Shown here: piece after piece, positions 29,043 through 43,630 of the stretch
Numbering within the stretch: position 1 is the first letter of the stretch
Layout of the letters: each line of letters begins with the position of its first letter
Origin: Chrysomallon squamiferum
Lineage: Eukaryota; Animalia; Mollusca
Length of the DNA stretch: 64,000 nucleotides
NCBI GenBank assembly: GCA_012295275.1
Contig: CM022678.1
Coordinates: 7,378,001-7,442,000 of the forward strand
Reading direction: 5' to 3'
Notes under the pieces: model-generated
What the model saw: the letters and a program-made list of their open reading frames with translations, nothing else
Database searches by the model: none
Told to the model about the DNA's origin: nothing
Program-made: the position numbers and the translations under genes

Positions 29043-29491
29043 TTTGTCAGACATTTTTGCATTTAGCTGCATTATAGTTTATATATCCCATCTTAATACA
29101 ATAAAAAAATTACACACTCTCGATTTGACCAGAAATCACAAAAAATTATATTACTGTGACATTTCAGGGTTAAGTTTCTGTAACTGGATGTATTTAAAAT
29201 ATTCTCTTCGTAGTTTTATCTACTTAAATATTAGCAGTTTTAGGAAAACTACATAAGGTCGCCGTTGCTAAGCCCTTCGTGTCGCCTAAGCTGGATCGGG
29301 AAATAAATAAACGAGAGCACTAACAAGAATTGATCCTGGAAGCTGATTCTTTGCAGTTCTGTTTCTATAGCAACTGTAATTATTCCACCGCTATTTTAAG
29401 AGCTCTTCTTGTTCCACGTTACTTCATTTCTAAACCTCAGTAAATTTTCTTTTTCTTTTTCTTTTTTTTTTCGTTTTCTTCTCTTTTCTTT

Positions 29492-30226
29492 TATACTTCA
29501 CTGTATTCCATTTAAAAGTGTTTATACCTCACTGTGTTCCATTTAAAAGTGTTTATACTTCACTGTATTCCATTTAAAAGTGTATATATCTCACTGTGTT
29601 CCATTTGAAAGATTCTATACTTCACTGTGTTCCATTTGAAATATTCTATACTTCACTGTGTTCCATATGAAAGTGTTTATACCTCACTGTGTTCCATTTG
29701 AAAGATTCTGTACTTCACTGTGTTCCATTTAAAAGTGTTTATACTTCACTGTGTTCCATTTGAAAGATTCTATACTTCACTGTATTCCATTTGAAAAACT
29801 CTATACTTCAGTGTGTTCCATTTAAAAGTGTTTATACTTAACTGTGTTCCATTTGCAAGATTCTATACTTCACTGTGTTTCATATGAAAGATTCTATACT
29901 TCACTGTGTTCCATATGAAAGATTCTATACTTCAGTGTGTTCCATTTGAAATATTCTATACTTCACTGTGTTCCATTTAAAAGTGTTTATACTTCACTGT
30001 GTTCCATATGAAAGATTCTATACTTCACTGTGTTCCATATGAAAGATTCTATACTCACTGTGTTCCATATGAAAGATTCTATACTTCACTGTGTTCCATT
30101 TGAAAGATTCTCTACTTCAGTGTGTTCCATTTGAAAGATTCTCTACTTCAGTGTGTTCCATTTGAAAGATTCTATACTTCAGTGTGTTCCATTTGAAAGA
30201 TTCTATACTTCAGTGTGTTCCATTTA
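29492..30226. repeat. 31-bp minisatellite, about 23-24 copies
   Basis: The unit is tatacttcactgtgttccatttgaaagattc, with an interspersed variant ending ...catttaaaagtgtt. Confidence 0.97.
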
Positions 30227-30268
30227 ACCTGTTCTGGGTCGCAACCTCTTCACTACGTCGGTACATTT
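30210..30268 (-). CDS. Probable terminal exon of the transmembrane-protein gene
   Basis: The acceptor 'cctctgttacag' (phase 1) gives (E)MYRRSEEVATQNRLNGTH and TGA. An alternative donor AG|gttaaa at 30229/8 cannot be excluded. Confidence 0.5.
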
Positions 30269-30894
30269 CTGTAACAGAGGAAACAACTGATTGTATAATC
30301 ATGTTAATATTTGGCTTTTATTACTTTCTTTATATTGTATATTTCTATTTATATATATATAATCTACATACGTACATACATACATACATACGTACGTACA
30401 TACATTCAGAGAAAGAAAGAGAGAGTGAGAGCAATGGGAAAGCAAACAGACATATAGACAGAACACTATACAAATAGATATATATATGTATATAATCTAC
30501 ATACGTACATACATATAAACACACATACACACACTCACTCACACACATACATACAGAATCTGCTCCCGTATTTGTCTATTGTTTTATCAGTTTATTTATT
30601 GATATTTATCGACATCATCGTCATCGTCATCATCATCATCATTATTATTATTATTATTAGCAGTAGTAATAGTAGCAGTGGTAGTTATGTGGTAGTCGTA
30701 GTGGTAATAATAGTAGCAGCAGTGGTAGTATTGGAAAACACATCATTTTTGTAAACAATCACAACAAGAAGAAGAACAACCAATAAAAATACAACTCAGA
30801 TGCAAGGACAACGCTAGACCGGACAAAGATACCACTGTTTCAATAATAACCGGCCATCCCAGATAGAAATATATTTATTTTTAAAACGGCTCAC

Positions 30895-31173
30895 CTGCCA
30901 GGAATATAATCCCTCCGGCCATGCCTAGCAAACAAATAGCGAATATGATCCAGATAACAAGAATACTCGATTCACCGCCTGGTTGCTTAGTATCGTCTCC
31001 TAGAATTTTATCAAGAAGTGTGCTGCGTCCGAACGGGTGTATGTCTGTCCTGATGCCATTCGATTCGAAGGATTCCCCGGTAATATGTTCAACGACGTCA
31101 GACAAATGTTTGAAATCGTCTCTGAGTAAATTTCGTCTTCTATGAAAGCTGGGTTTTCGTATTCTTGGGTGGA
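30895..31173 (-). CDS. Internal exon encoding a single transmembrane helix
   Basis: It has the acceptor 'cttcattgcag' and the donor CAG|gtgag, spans 279 nt and is phase 1-1. The frame is open throughout: HPRIRKPSFHRRRNLLRDDFKHLSDVVEHITGESFESNGIRTDIHPFGRSTLLDKILGDDTKQPGGESSILVIWIIFAICLLGMAGGIIFLA. Confidence 0.72.
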
Positions 31174-31663
31174 CTGCAATGAAGTAATATTAATAATAAT
31201 AATAATAATAATAATAAGAAGAAGAAGAAGAAGAAGAAGAAAGAAGAAGAAAAAAAAAGACGGATGACAGTAATGATAACGATAATTATGATAATGATGA
31301 TAAAAATTACATTTATTTCAGTCTTCTTTGTATGTTTTTATCTTATCATATCTCACAGATGTGATTGTTATTTAATGATGATGATGATAATAACAGTAAT
31401 AGTACCAAAGCATCGATAATAATAATAATGATGATGATGATGATGATGATAAAGATGACGACGATGATGATGATAAAGATGACGATAATAATAAGAAGAA
31501 GAAGAAGTGAAAATGTCGACTGTGATACGTTAGAAATGTCAACGACATTAAAACAACATAAAAATGATATGACGACTCCAAACACAAGATGAAGAAGAAC
31601 AAAAGGAGAAGGCAGAGGAATAGCAACACGGACAACAACACCAATAATAATAATAATAATAAC

Positions 31664-31714
<51 letters not shown>

Positions 31715-33382
31715 TATAATAATAATAATAATAATAAATATATATATATTTTTTAAATACAGACATACATCATGTCAGAATAGATTCTAGTGAAAAAAAA
31801 AAAAAAAAAAAAAAAAATTAACATACGTAATGAACTTTATTGATGTATAGACCGTCTCAATTAGAGAGACTGAAGAAACGAGGAATATAATAATAACGTA
31901 CTGCTGCGCTTTGATTTGTTTAATGTTTTCTTTCTTCTTTTTTCAAGATCTAGCAATGATTTATTATTGAATAAAAGCTGAACATCTGATACTTTCTCAT
32001 TTAACAATAATAATGTAATATCTGATTCATGTGTATGTGTGTGTGTGTGTGTGTTGTGTGTGTGCGTTCGTGCGGCTGTGCTTATGTTTGATTGTGTAGC
32101 TCTGTATGTAGATTTGTACGTGTGTATGTATATAATTATGCAGGTATGTACGCATACATATATATATATACGTTTGTGTGTGTTTTGTATGCATGTATGT
32201 GTGTATGTCTGTATCTATATGCATGGGTTTGTGCGTGTATGGTGTTTTTTGTATGTATATATGCAGTACGTATATATTTGTATACAATGTATGGATGCAG
32301 CTTTGCGTGTATATATATGTTATCTGCACTATTGAACATTTCTGCTAGTTAAAAACACTAAAAAACAACCAACGACGTGACGTAGATCACGTGCACCCTC
32401 TTAACTTTAACCAACGCAGTCTCGGCCAATCCTTTCGACGAAATCAATTTCTTAAAACTATTCTCAGTCAGTCTGAACTTATTGACCTGCAGTGACGTCA
32501 CCGCAATCTTTAGAAATGACGTTGTTATAATGGTTGTCAGAGGGGGGTTTCTTTAAAAACGTAATTAATTGTTTGTTTTTTTTTGTTTTGTTTTTTTGTA
32601 GCGTTCTATCAAATGACAGGTGTTTTGTGCTGTTTTCCGTGTATACTGTTACAGGGAATCGTGGGTTTTCAATTCACGTGGTCTGTTTGTTTTATCGACG
32701 TATTGCGAGAATGCTGTGGCTCTGATGGTTGATGTTATTGTCAAGACTGTTTCATTACAAGGCTATTTAGATAATATATGAACTGACAAATACATAGACA
32801 GACAAAATAAGACATAAACAGATAGGAAAACAGAGAAAATAATAGCAGAGAGACAGCTTAAATAGGTAAAGAAACAAACAGATAAACTGACAAATATAAG
32901 GACACAGTGACAGAGAGATAGAAAGACAAAGACGGATAGAAAGAGAGAGAGAGAGAAAAAGCTACAGAACGACAGTTAGACGGTTAGGTTGAGAAACAAG
33001 GACACAGAAATCAGGACAGAGAGTCGAACAGATAGAGACAGAAAAACAGAAAGACAGACAGAGAGACGGATAGAAAGAGACAAAGGTACAGACAGACAGA
33101 GAAAAGGATAGACAGAAATAGAAAGATACAGAAAGAAAGACAGAGAGACAGAGAGACAAAGAAAGACAGAGAAATGGGTAGAAACACAGAAAGACAGGCA
33201 GAGGTGGATAGATGAAGAGACACAAAGACAGAGAAAGAAAGACAAAGAGACGGACAGACAGACACAAAGACACTGAAAGAAAGACACACTGTACATACAT
33301 ATATAAAACAATATCGTTGATAATTATGACACTCAGTCAAAACGACCCTCTCTGCTCGATTATTTTTTCTCCCCTGTTTTTT

Positions 33383-33483
33383 TTTATTGTCAGAATCTGT
33401 TCTTTTATTGTCAGAATCTGTTTGTTTTTATTGTCAGAATGTCTGTTTTTTTATTGTCAGAATCTGTTTTTTTATTGTCAGAA
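33383..33483. repeat. ~19-22 bp tandem repeat x5
   Basis: ttattgtcagaatctgtt(t)n is repeated five times. Confidence 0.9.
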
Positions 33484-33848
33484 AACGAAGCCTGACGTAG
33501 CGATGGCAATGATGTTAAAGAGGCGATAGCTTTAATTTATTTTTCATTTCCAGTTAATTCCAGGTTTTATTATCGCATAAAGCAGCTTGATAAACATGCA
33601 CGTGGTTCGGACGTTGTGACCGGCGTATCTTGGAAAACAAATCTTCATCGGAATGAAACTCCGGTTTCCTGACTACATCGAAATTCATTTCCTATTCTCT
33701 GTGGGCTTTTTTTTTTTCTTTCTTTTTCCCTTACAATTTGGGATCAATTGTAATAAATTTTATTTGATTTTTATCTATTTATCTGTCTGTCTGTCTTTGT
33801 CTTTCTGTCTTTATAATCTGTCTATTTATCTGACAGTTTGTATTCTAT

Positions 33849-33911
<63 letters not shown>

Positions 33912-34549
33912 ATATATATATATATATATATTTATCTATCAGTCTGTCTATCGATCTGTCTGTCTAATTAATTTTCTAATTAAGAGAAATGATTCAGGAA
34001 CAATTCCACTAACAACAACATGTGTTATTTATAAATAAATAGCCACACAGTTGAATAAAAAATAAATAAAACAGACAAATAAATAACAAAAATCAAAATA
34101 AATAAACATTGAAGCCAACTGACAGATATATAATAAACAATATTAATAATGAAAATACAATGATTTACGACTTAACATAAAAAAATATTTATAAAATACA
34201 TTATTTAGTACTCAAAAACATTGTTTATTTTCATTAAATCACAATCGCACATGAAGCCAATTTCAATGTAGTCTTTCGGCAATTTCTAAACCTGTTTAAT
34301 CTTTATTTGTTTTATATCTAAGATAAAAAAATAAAAAAACGGTTTCTAACAAGAGTGAGTGGGTGTAATTGCAAATTCTGTTTTTCTTTAAACTTGAGAA
34401 AATTAGTTTCATTACAGTGAAATGAGTTTACTATTGATCTGTCAGCGGCATAAAAGACTTTTTCTTTTTTTTTCAGTCACATGTCAGTACCTGATGTTTA
34501 GTTTATTTCTTAACTTTAGTATTTAGTCATGTACTGACACACACACACA

Positions 34550-34585
<36 letters not shown>

Positions 34586-35159
34586 GTATACATACACTGA
34601 TTCGGTTGAGAATGACGATCATTAATAAATATAGCTTAGCAGAGCAACAAACCTCCTTTTTAACGACATTAAAACATATACATAAACACACACAGATATA
34701 CACACACACACACACACACACGCGTGCATACACACTTATACATAAACAGAAATTCATATACATACACGTGCGCACACCTTCTGTGGAAAGTAACGTGCAA
34801 AACATTAATTAAACCATCAATAACAAGAGTAGATGAAAAGAACAATACTTTTCCTTTTTTTTAAACAGCAGAACACAAACCACACATTCTGTCTAATACT
34901 GCTATTCCAGACACCTGGTGATTGTTAATATTAAAATATCTTCAGAGAGTATTGCGAAATTACACGATTCGCACGAATCAGACAATCTCTGTGAGGAAAT
35001 AACTTCGCGTGGGTTTCAATCACTTCATTTATCAATGCCATCTGCTGCTGATATTTTACTTGTGCGTTTGTGTGGCTGTGTGTGTGGCTGTGTGTGTGTG
35101 TGTGTGTGTGTATATCAATATATCTATCTGACTATCTAAGTATCTATCTATATAGATTG

Positions 35160-35202
<43 letters not shown>

Positions 35203-35233
35203 GACAGATATTTGTCTCTCTTTCTGAATTCCT

Positions 35234-35314
<81 letters not shown>

Positions 35315-35940
35315 GTCGCTTTGTCTTTCTAGCTATCTATCTCTCTATTGCTCTGTCCATATATTCCTCAGTTTATCTGTTTCTTTATCTGTCCTATATA
35401 TATATATATATATCTGTTATTGACAAGTCTGCTACTTCGATATTAACCAAGTGTGTGTTCGTTTGCAATATTATTTAATTACGTTGAAAGGCATATAAAT
35501 GTGCGTGTGTAGATATACAGATAGATAGAGAGATAGACAGACAGACAGACAGGCATACAGACAGATAGACAGACAAATATAGGGATAGACAGATAGACAG
35601 ACAGATATACAAATTATACAGATACATCTGACCGGGTCTGTATAAACTCTTACACATGTAATAATAATTACTAGTGATTCTGTAAGAGCAGTTCTACTAG
35701 ATATATTTTTGTATGAATATCTGTAAAATGTTTGCTGTGTATTCAAAATGCGAGCTGCTGTCTTCTGACACGTGTTACACAGATGAGACAGTGTCAGTCG
35801 TCTGCTGTTGTTTCCAAGGACGTATTTTAAATGACATCCGTCTTCCTTTGTGATTTTACAAAATAACTGAAAAAACAAAAAAGACTCACGGAACCAGGAA
35901 GGAAGGCGTTGTCAGTGTGATGAACAGTAATCACGTTTAC

Positions 35941-35990
35941 CTCTCGGGTTAACAGGAACAGAATTACTGATGTCCAACAGTGGTAGGTTT
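35941..35990 (-). CDS. Possible 50-nt internal exon of the same - strand gene
   Basis: Reads 'accag'|A-NLPLLDISNSVPVNPR-G|'gtaaac'. Phase 2 in and phase 1 out would bridge the MERR frame of 43631-43947 to exon 30895-31173, but the acceptor is pyrimidine-poor. Confidence 0.25.
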
Positions 35991-36044
35991 CTGGTGTCAG
36001 ACACACACGCACACACACACACACACACATACAGACACAGAGTA

Positions 36045-36130
<86 letters not shown>

Positions 36131-36201
36131 GAGAGAGAGAGAGAGAGTCTTTCTAATATAGAGAGAGAGATGTCTATTTAGTGAGATATAAAGAGATCTG
36201 T

Positions 36202-36264
<63 letters not shown>

Positions 36265-36445
36265 GTCTGATTATCGACGTACCTTTCGGTCTGTCTATCT
36301 TTCTCATCTATCTATCTACCTGTCTATCTTTCTAATATAACTGTCTAGATGTCTATTTATCTATCTATCTATACCTATGTATGTATCTGTCTGTCTGTCT
36401 TCCTGTCGTTCTTGTGGTTTCCATTCCGACCTGCACGTATGTATG

Positions 36446-36572
<127 letters not shown>

Positions 36573-37183
36573 ATAGATAGATAGGTAGATACATATATAT
36601 TATGTATGCCTATTTAATTATCTAAATGAATGGCAGCTATTACCAGAAATCTGTCGTTTCTTTGAGTGGACGTTGTTAAATTGTTAATCAATGAGAGGAA
36701 AACGGATCAGAATGTTGGCAAACACCGCTTGTGAAACGACACCTTTGTTCGATGTCGTCGTATTGATTGCCCTGTAGTAATTAAAACAGTATGCAGCGAT
36801 GTGGATATTAGGTATCAGCAACATCAGCATCAACGGCAGCAGCTGTGGATTAGCAACTAGCATCAGTTGTTTTTATTATAATCACAATAACAGTGTACAC
36901 TTGGGGAGGGTTTGGGCTGTATTTTTTGTTTTCTTGATGTGTTTTGATGACTGTGATGATGATGTGGATGATGACGAATATGATGATGATATTGTGATGA
37001 TGCCGAATGTGATAGGTGTCACAGTGACGATGATGATGATTTTAAGTGTGTGTATGTATGTGCGTGTGTGTCTGTATATATGTAATTTTCATTAATGTGC
37101 AAAGAAATAAGAAATTAATTTTTACTACTATGAAAAAAAGAACGTCATTTAGAAATATAATAATATAATAATAATAATATAAC

Positions 37184-37227
<44 letters not shown>

Positions 37228-39201
37228 CAGTAATAATAATAATAATAACAACAACAATAACAGGCTATCATTAAATTTGAAGGCACAAATGTAAAGACGG
37301 ACATATGGACAAACAGACAAACAAAGATACAAATATTCAGATATATATAAAATAGATATGCATATAATTATAAGCAAACCTTTCCGTCTTATTAATAATA
37401 CAGAAGTGATGTGTTTTTTGTTGTTTTGTTTTTATTAATATCAAACGATCTGCATTTGTCGTGTAACATTATCAGGTGTATTCGTAGAGCCTAGAATTAC
37501 TCATTAATTTCAGTGTAGGAAATAACGAGCTGCTTTTTAATTTTTAACAACAATAGAAGCTGTTTTCATGCAAGATGAAAGATCAGTTATAATTTTTATT
37601 GCTCATGGTAATGTATTGCCTTTGGTTGTGCTTTATGATTATGATTTTGCTTTTTTTATTATTCTGCAATGAGAATAAATAAAAAGATTGGTAGGTAGAT
37701 AGTTGCGTATAAGTTTAGATATAAGAAAGTATTACATATTTTGTACGGATGTTATTGTGTGTGTGTGTGTATATATACATATGTACGTACATATGTATAT
37801 TTGTTTTCGAATGAATCCATACCCACATTTCAAAAACCTAATTGTTTAAATAACATCGTTTAAATTATTAAATCAACTCTCGGAATCGATAAAAGCCTGT
37901 ACAGTTATTTTACAACAACATCAAACTCGCTAACGAACCCAAAAATATAATCTTTAAACGGGCAAATCAACTACAACCACCACGAAGCCTGGACCACAGC
38001 ATTAACTCTACGCGGGTATTAAAACTGCAATAATTATAACGACCAAAAATCAATGATTTAACAGACGAAACAAAGATTCCCTGCCGTTTGATTGTGATTG
38101 TATCGTTTAATTAATTAACATCTGCTACAAATAATCAATTAGTTTTTGTTCAGTCACACTGACCACTGCCTTGCTGGTCAGTTAGACAAACTGACCCATT
38201 GTACTGTTACATAGTACAGTGACCGATGTAAGATATTATGGAATGGTTATGTCAGTTCTTGAAAACGTCAGCGTGTTGTTTTGGCAAGTTAATTATACAG
38301 CCACCTATACATACACATATTCATATATTTATATTATTACACACACGTATATACTAATATACGTGCATACGTGCATGCATACACGCATACATATATACAT
38401 ATATACACACTCACACACACACACATACACGTACATATATATACACACACACACACACACAAAAATAGATTATTATTTTATTATTCCTCTTTTTTTTGCG
38501 TCTCTTTAAGTGAAGTAATATGTCCTCAGTGATCTCATGTATCGATAAAATTCATTAACTGCCATCCATCATTTCTTTTTTTTTTTTTCCTTTTTTTCTT
38601 TTTCTTTTTTTTTTTTTTTGTTATTCCAAAGTCATATCGATGTATTTTCTTCACTTTTTCTGCTGTTTTTGTGTTTAGCTGTTTGGTTTTTCTCTCGCGT
38701 TTTTCTTCAACCTTTTAATTATTTTTCTTCCTTTTTCTTATTCTCTGTTTTTTGGGAGTTTTTTTTTCTTTCTTTCTTTCTGCTATTTTTAGTTCTTGTT
38801 TGTTTTTCTGCTTCCTTTTTTTATGTTCTTGATGTTGTTGTCTTTTTCTGTTTGTTTGTATGTTGTTGTTTTTTTGCTGTTATTTTGTTTTGTTTGTTTG
38901 TATTTTGTTTTTTGTTAGTTTTTTGGGTTTTTTTGGAGGTGTGGTGGTTGTTTTTTTAATATGCTTTTTGCTTTTTATTTCTTAATAATTCCATTTCTTT
39001 ATTTTCTAATTTTCATTCTTGTTCAATCTGTGTTTGTTTTACTATTATTATTTCACTGATATATGCATGCGCCTATATAACACACACACGCATGCACGCA
39101 CAGACACACATACATATATACATACATATATATATATATATAAATATACAAACTCAGATACAGCAAGAGAGAGAGAGACAGAGAGAGACAGAGAGAGAGA
39201 C

Positions 39202-39280
<79 letters not shown>

Positions 39281-39996
39281 TCGACAGAAACAATTTATCG
39301 TCATCAATATCAGTGCAGTTCTGTAATGACTGATATAAACAAACGTTAAAAGACTTACGTCTTTTTTTATTATTATGTTGTAAATATTATGCTTCCGACT
39401 GTTGTAATGGATATCGAATAAATATAAAAGATTGTAAATATCATAGAGAAGCACGCGGTGTTCTGTCCTTCACGCAATGAAATGTATATCAGTTGAATGT
39501 TTTCTTACAATTGATCACAAAGACGTTTAACGATTAAACTTCAGCATAATAATACAGTACTGATACAGCTAATGAGATTTACAGCTGAAAATGATGATGA
39601 TGATGATGATGATGATCACAGTGATGATAATGGTTATTACGATGATAATCGCAATAATCGTGATAATTATGAAAACGATAATAATCGTAATAACGATGAT
39701 AATTATTTAAACGGTAATAATCGTGGTAGCGATTATAATTGACGATAACGATGATGGTGGACGATAATTTACGTCAATTGTGAAATAGTTAATTTTGCAA
39801 TTTTCGTTTTGGCCTTAGGGCAGATGAACGCCAATCATTAATCCATACTGAAAGGAAAACGCAAAATTTTATCATTTTGATTATTATTATTATTATTATT
39901 ATTATTATTGTTGTTGTTCTTGTTGTTGTTGTTGTTTGTGTGTTCTCTTTGTGGTGATGATGATGATGCTACATATGCATAACCCATAATGCGTTA

Positions 39997-40126
<130 letters not shown>

Positions 40127-40428
40127 TTATTTATAACGTATTAATTTATAATTTAGCCTTTGGAATATCTTTCCACTACACCAGAGTGAATTTACAACTT
40201 CAAACTTCATCACACAGACACTTTCCATTAATAGAAACGGCTTACTGAACCAGAAAATGTTAAATGTGCTGAGATACACACCTTCTCACCCTAACCTGTA
40301 GAACAACTCTATAATCACTACTAACCATTACACGAAAAGCTTCTGTTCCAGTTTCAAACGTTAACCACAAATACGTATTTCCATTATTGGTCACTGTTCC
40401 TGAATGCAGTGAAAATTCAAAGCATTAA

Positions 40429-40920
40429 TCTAACTTCAAACCTTAACCTCTGAGACTCCTCTTTAACCATTATAAGTTGAACCATGGTAAAACTTTCGCT
40501 TCTTAAGTTCTAACTTCAAACCTTAACCTTTAGGACACCTGTCTGAACATTTATAAAATGAACATTGGCCAAGTTTTCGCTTTTTATGTTTGAACTTCAA
40601 ACCTTAACCTATAGGACACCTCTTTAATCATTATAAATTGAACCATGGCAAAGCTTTCACTTTTTATGTTTTAACTTGAAACCTTAACCTTTAGGACACT
40701 TCTTTAACCATTTTAAATTGAAACCATGGTCAAACTTTCGCTTCATAACTTCTAACTTTAAACCGTAACCTCTTGGATACCTCTTTAATCGTTATAAATT
40801 AAATCATGGTCAAGCTTCAAACCTTAACCTCTAGGACACCTCTTCGAATACTATAAACTGAACCATGGTCAAGCTTTCGCTTCTTAATTTCTAACTAGAA
40901 AACCGTAACCTCTGCGACAC
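40429..40920. repeat. Diverged ~80-bp tandem repeat, about 6 copies (one shortened)
   Basis: The recurrent unit is tctaacttcaaaccttaacct..aggacacctctttaa.cattataaattgaaccatgg.caa.ctttcgctt. Confidence 0.9.
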
Positions 40921-41715
40921 CGTTTCACCTACTACTACACACGTATACACGCTAATGTTCACGCAAGCGTGATGATGTTAAGTATCGTATTTTGTTTTCT
41001 CGCCCTCATTACCCCGCACATCAGCTCTAAAACCACATTACCATTCAAGTGTCCATCGATTGTTTTTAGTTAATGACTCCGGACAAAGCATCAGCTGTCG
41101 CTTAACCTCAGAGTCATCCTAACGCATGGTGGTAAAGGTTCAAAGTAAAATGTCACCTACATCATCATCACCCTGGTGGATTGTGATCGTGTTAAACTGC
41201 ACGTCGTGTGTAGCGTTCAGCTTCGACCAGAGAGTTTTACGTTAAACGTTGAATGACCAGTCATTTTTATATCATCACCGTCATAGTGGTTATTTTGTAC
41301 ACCGTGTCTACAAGCATGAACAACTGAGTTTTTGTTAAAAGCTGAATTATAGGTCGTTTGTAATACAAGAATCGAGATAGTGGTTATGTTTGTTTATTCT
41401 AGCATCGACTGCACCGTTTATGTTAAGTGTTCAATTATCAGTCATTACATATCAGCCGTTGTTAGTTGTGTTAACGTTTCGAATTAGGGGGTCACTTGTG
41501 CCATATATATATATATATAATGTGTGTGTGTTTTATATATAATTTATATATTATATATACTTGTACCAGTCTGTATTTTATCCTAAAGTTTGAATTATAT
41601 ATATTCTCATACAAATACACACACACACACCTACACTCACACACCATACACATATATCTGTGTGTGTATCTGTGTGTCTATGAGTGTTTGTGTGTGTGAG
41701 TGTGTGTGTGTATTT

Positions 41716-41879
41716 AAGTGCTGCACTGTATAATTTATCTGTGCTAACGTTACCATCCAAGCTGTTGCTATATATATATATATATACACACACAGATACA
41801 CTTGTGCAGACATACAACAACAGCAGCAACAGCTTGAATGGTAACGTTAGCACAGAAAAATCACAGAGCGTAGCAGCTT
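41716..41879. other. Short foldback element (MITE-like hairpin)
   Basis: 41738-41769 and 41825-41856 are reverse complements at 31/32 positions. Looser complementarity extends about 20 bp outward, and the loop is (TA)n(CA)n-rich. Confidence 0.7.
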
Positions 41880-43309
41880 GTATACAAAACTGACATATAC
41901 TAGGTTTAAAAAAGTTTATGTACTTGCTACAGAAAACATGTAAATTATAACACCATACGAGGCTGTGTCTACCCTAACTGCAATACATTACTAATGTAAT
42001 GACAGAACATCTGTAGTAGTCTTGTATCTAGAAAATTTACTAATTTCAAAGTTACAATCTGTATTGGTAGATAGGAGAATGAAAAACACATTTGTAGGGT
42101 ATTTACAGATAATCATCGTTGTAATAGCTTTATCTTTTTTTTTTCTTTTTTTTTTTCTTTTTTTTTTATTAGTGCTATAAAGTCTATCATTTATCCACTG
42201 TCATGGTTTCCATCAAAAAACAAATCAAACCAGTGCTTTTATCTTTACAGTATGCAAACAAAAGAACGTATTATAGATCTATGTATAAGTTCAATCAAAC
42301 GCGATATTTCTGTACGATGCATGTATTTTATAACTTCGCTTTTTCTTTGTTAGATAGATAGACAGAGAGACAGTCAGATATATTAATAGATACATAGATA
42401 GATAGATTGGTTACGTAGGTAAATGGATTGATAGATGGATGGATAGATGGGAAAACAGAGAGACAGACATATGCAGAAAGATAAACGACGAAGGGATGAA
42501 CTAGATAAAAACTGGAAATGATTCATCTGGCAGAAATGTAGCGCAAATCAGGAATAACTCGAAAAAACGTACTCAAGTTTTAGACCAACAACGAGTCACT
42601 AGAGGTATACACATACACATATACATACATACATACACAAATTCACACATGCACAAATATAATCACCACCATTGCTTTCGTTACGTTTGCGTCAACACCA
42701 CCAGAACTCTATAACCTACACGTACACACACACACACACACACACACATACACATATATATACAAATGAGCAGCATTAAAGATTTTCAATAATTCATTAC
42801 TATTACGTTCTTGTAACCAAACAAATTATGACGAACGTTCTCCCTTGCGGGCCGCATTTAATTTACTTCTGTATTGACGGAGCATTGAAAGCTAAACTCA
42901 CGCGGTTTTATTGTGATTATTCAATGCTTTCACAAGCTCACGGATGTAATTTGCATTAAGGATTCGAGTCTCTGGTGCTTTCAGCGTATTGATGGTTTTC
43001 AAAACATCCATTTTACGCCGATGCAGGCCGTTAATTTTACATCAAGAAATACATCATAAGCGAAACAACCAAAAACAACAAAAAAAAAAACCACACAAAA
43101 AAGTAATAGTAATAATAAAAAAGATAAATTATATAGATATATATATATTTCAAATTGAAAGAATACATTACATAGATGTACTGAGACAATATGAGACAGA
43201 TGATTTTTTGTATATATATTATATATAAAACACGTGTATATATAATGTGTGTGTGTTTTATATAAGTGCGTGTCTTTATTTATATGTATATATTTCTGCT
43301 GTATAGGTC

Positions 43310-43392
<83 letters not shown>

Positions 43393-43630
43393 GCATATAT
43401 ATGCATATATATATGTGTGTGATATATATATATATATATAGATAGATAGATAGACAGACAGATACACGTATATATACACACATATATATACATGCACACA
43501 CACATATACATATATAATATGAAAAAAAACCTGATACACACACAGTACAATTCTTTGTATCACAAAAGACAGAACTTTAAGCAGGTGTCCGCTACAGCGA
43601 AGTGTTTATTATTAGTTTTTTAACACTTAC

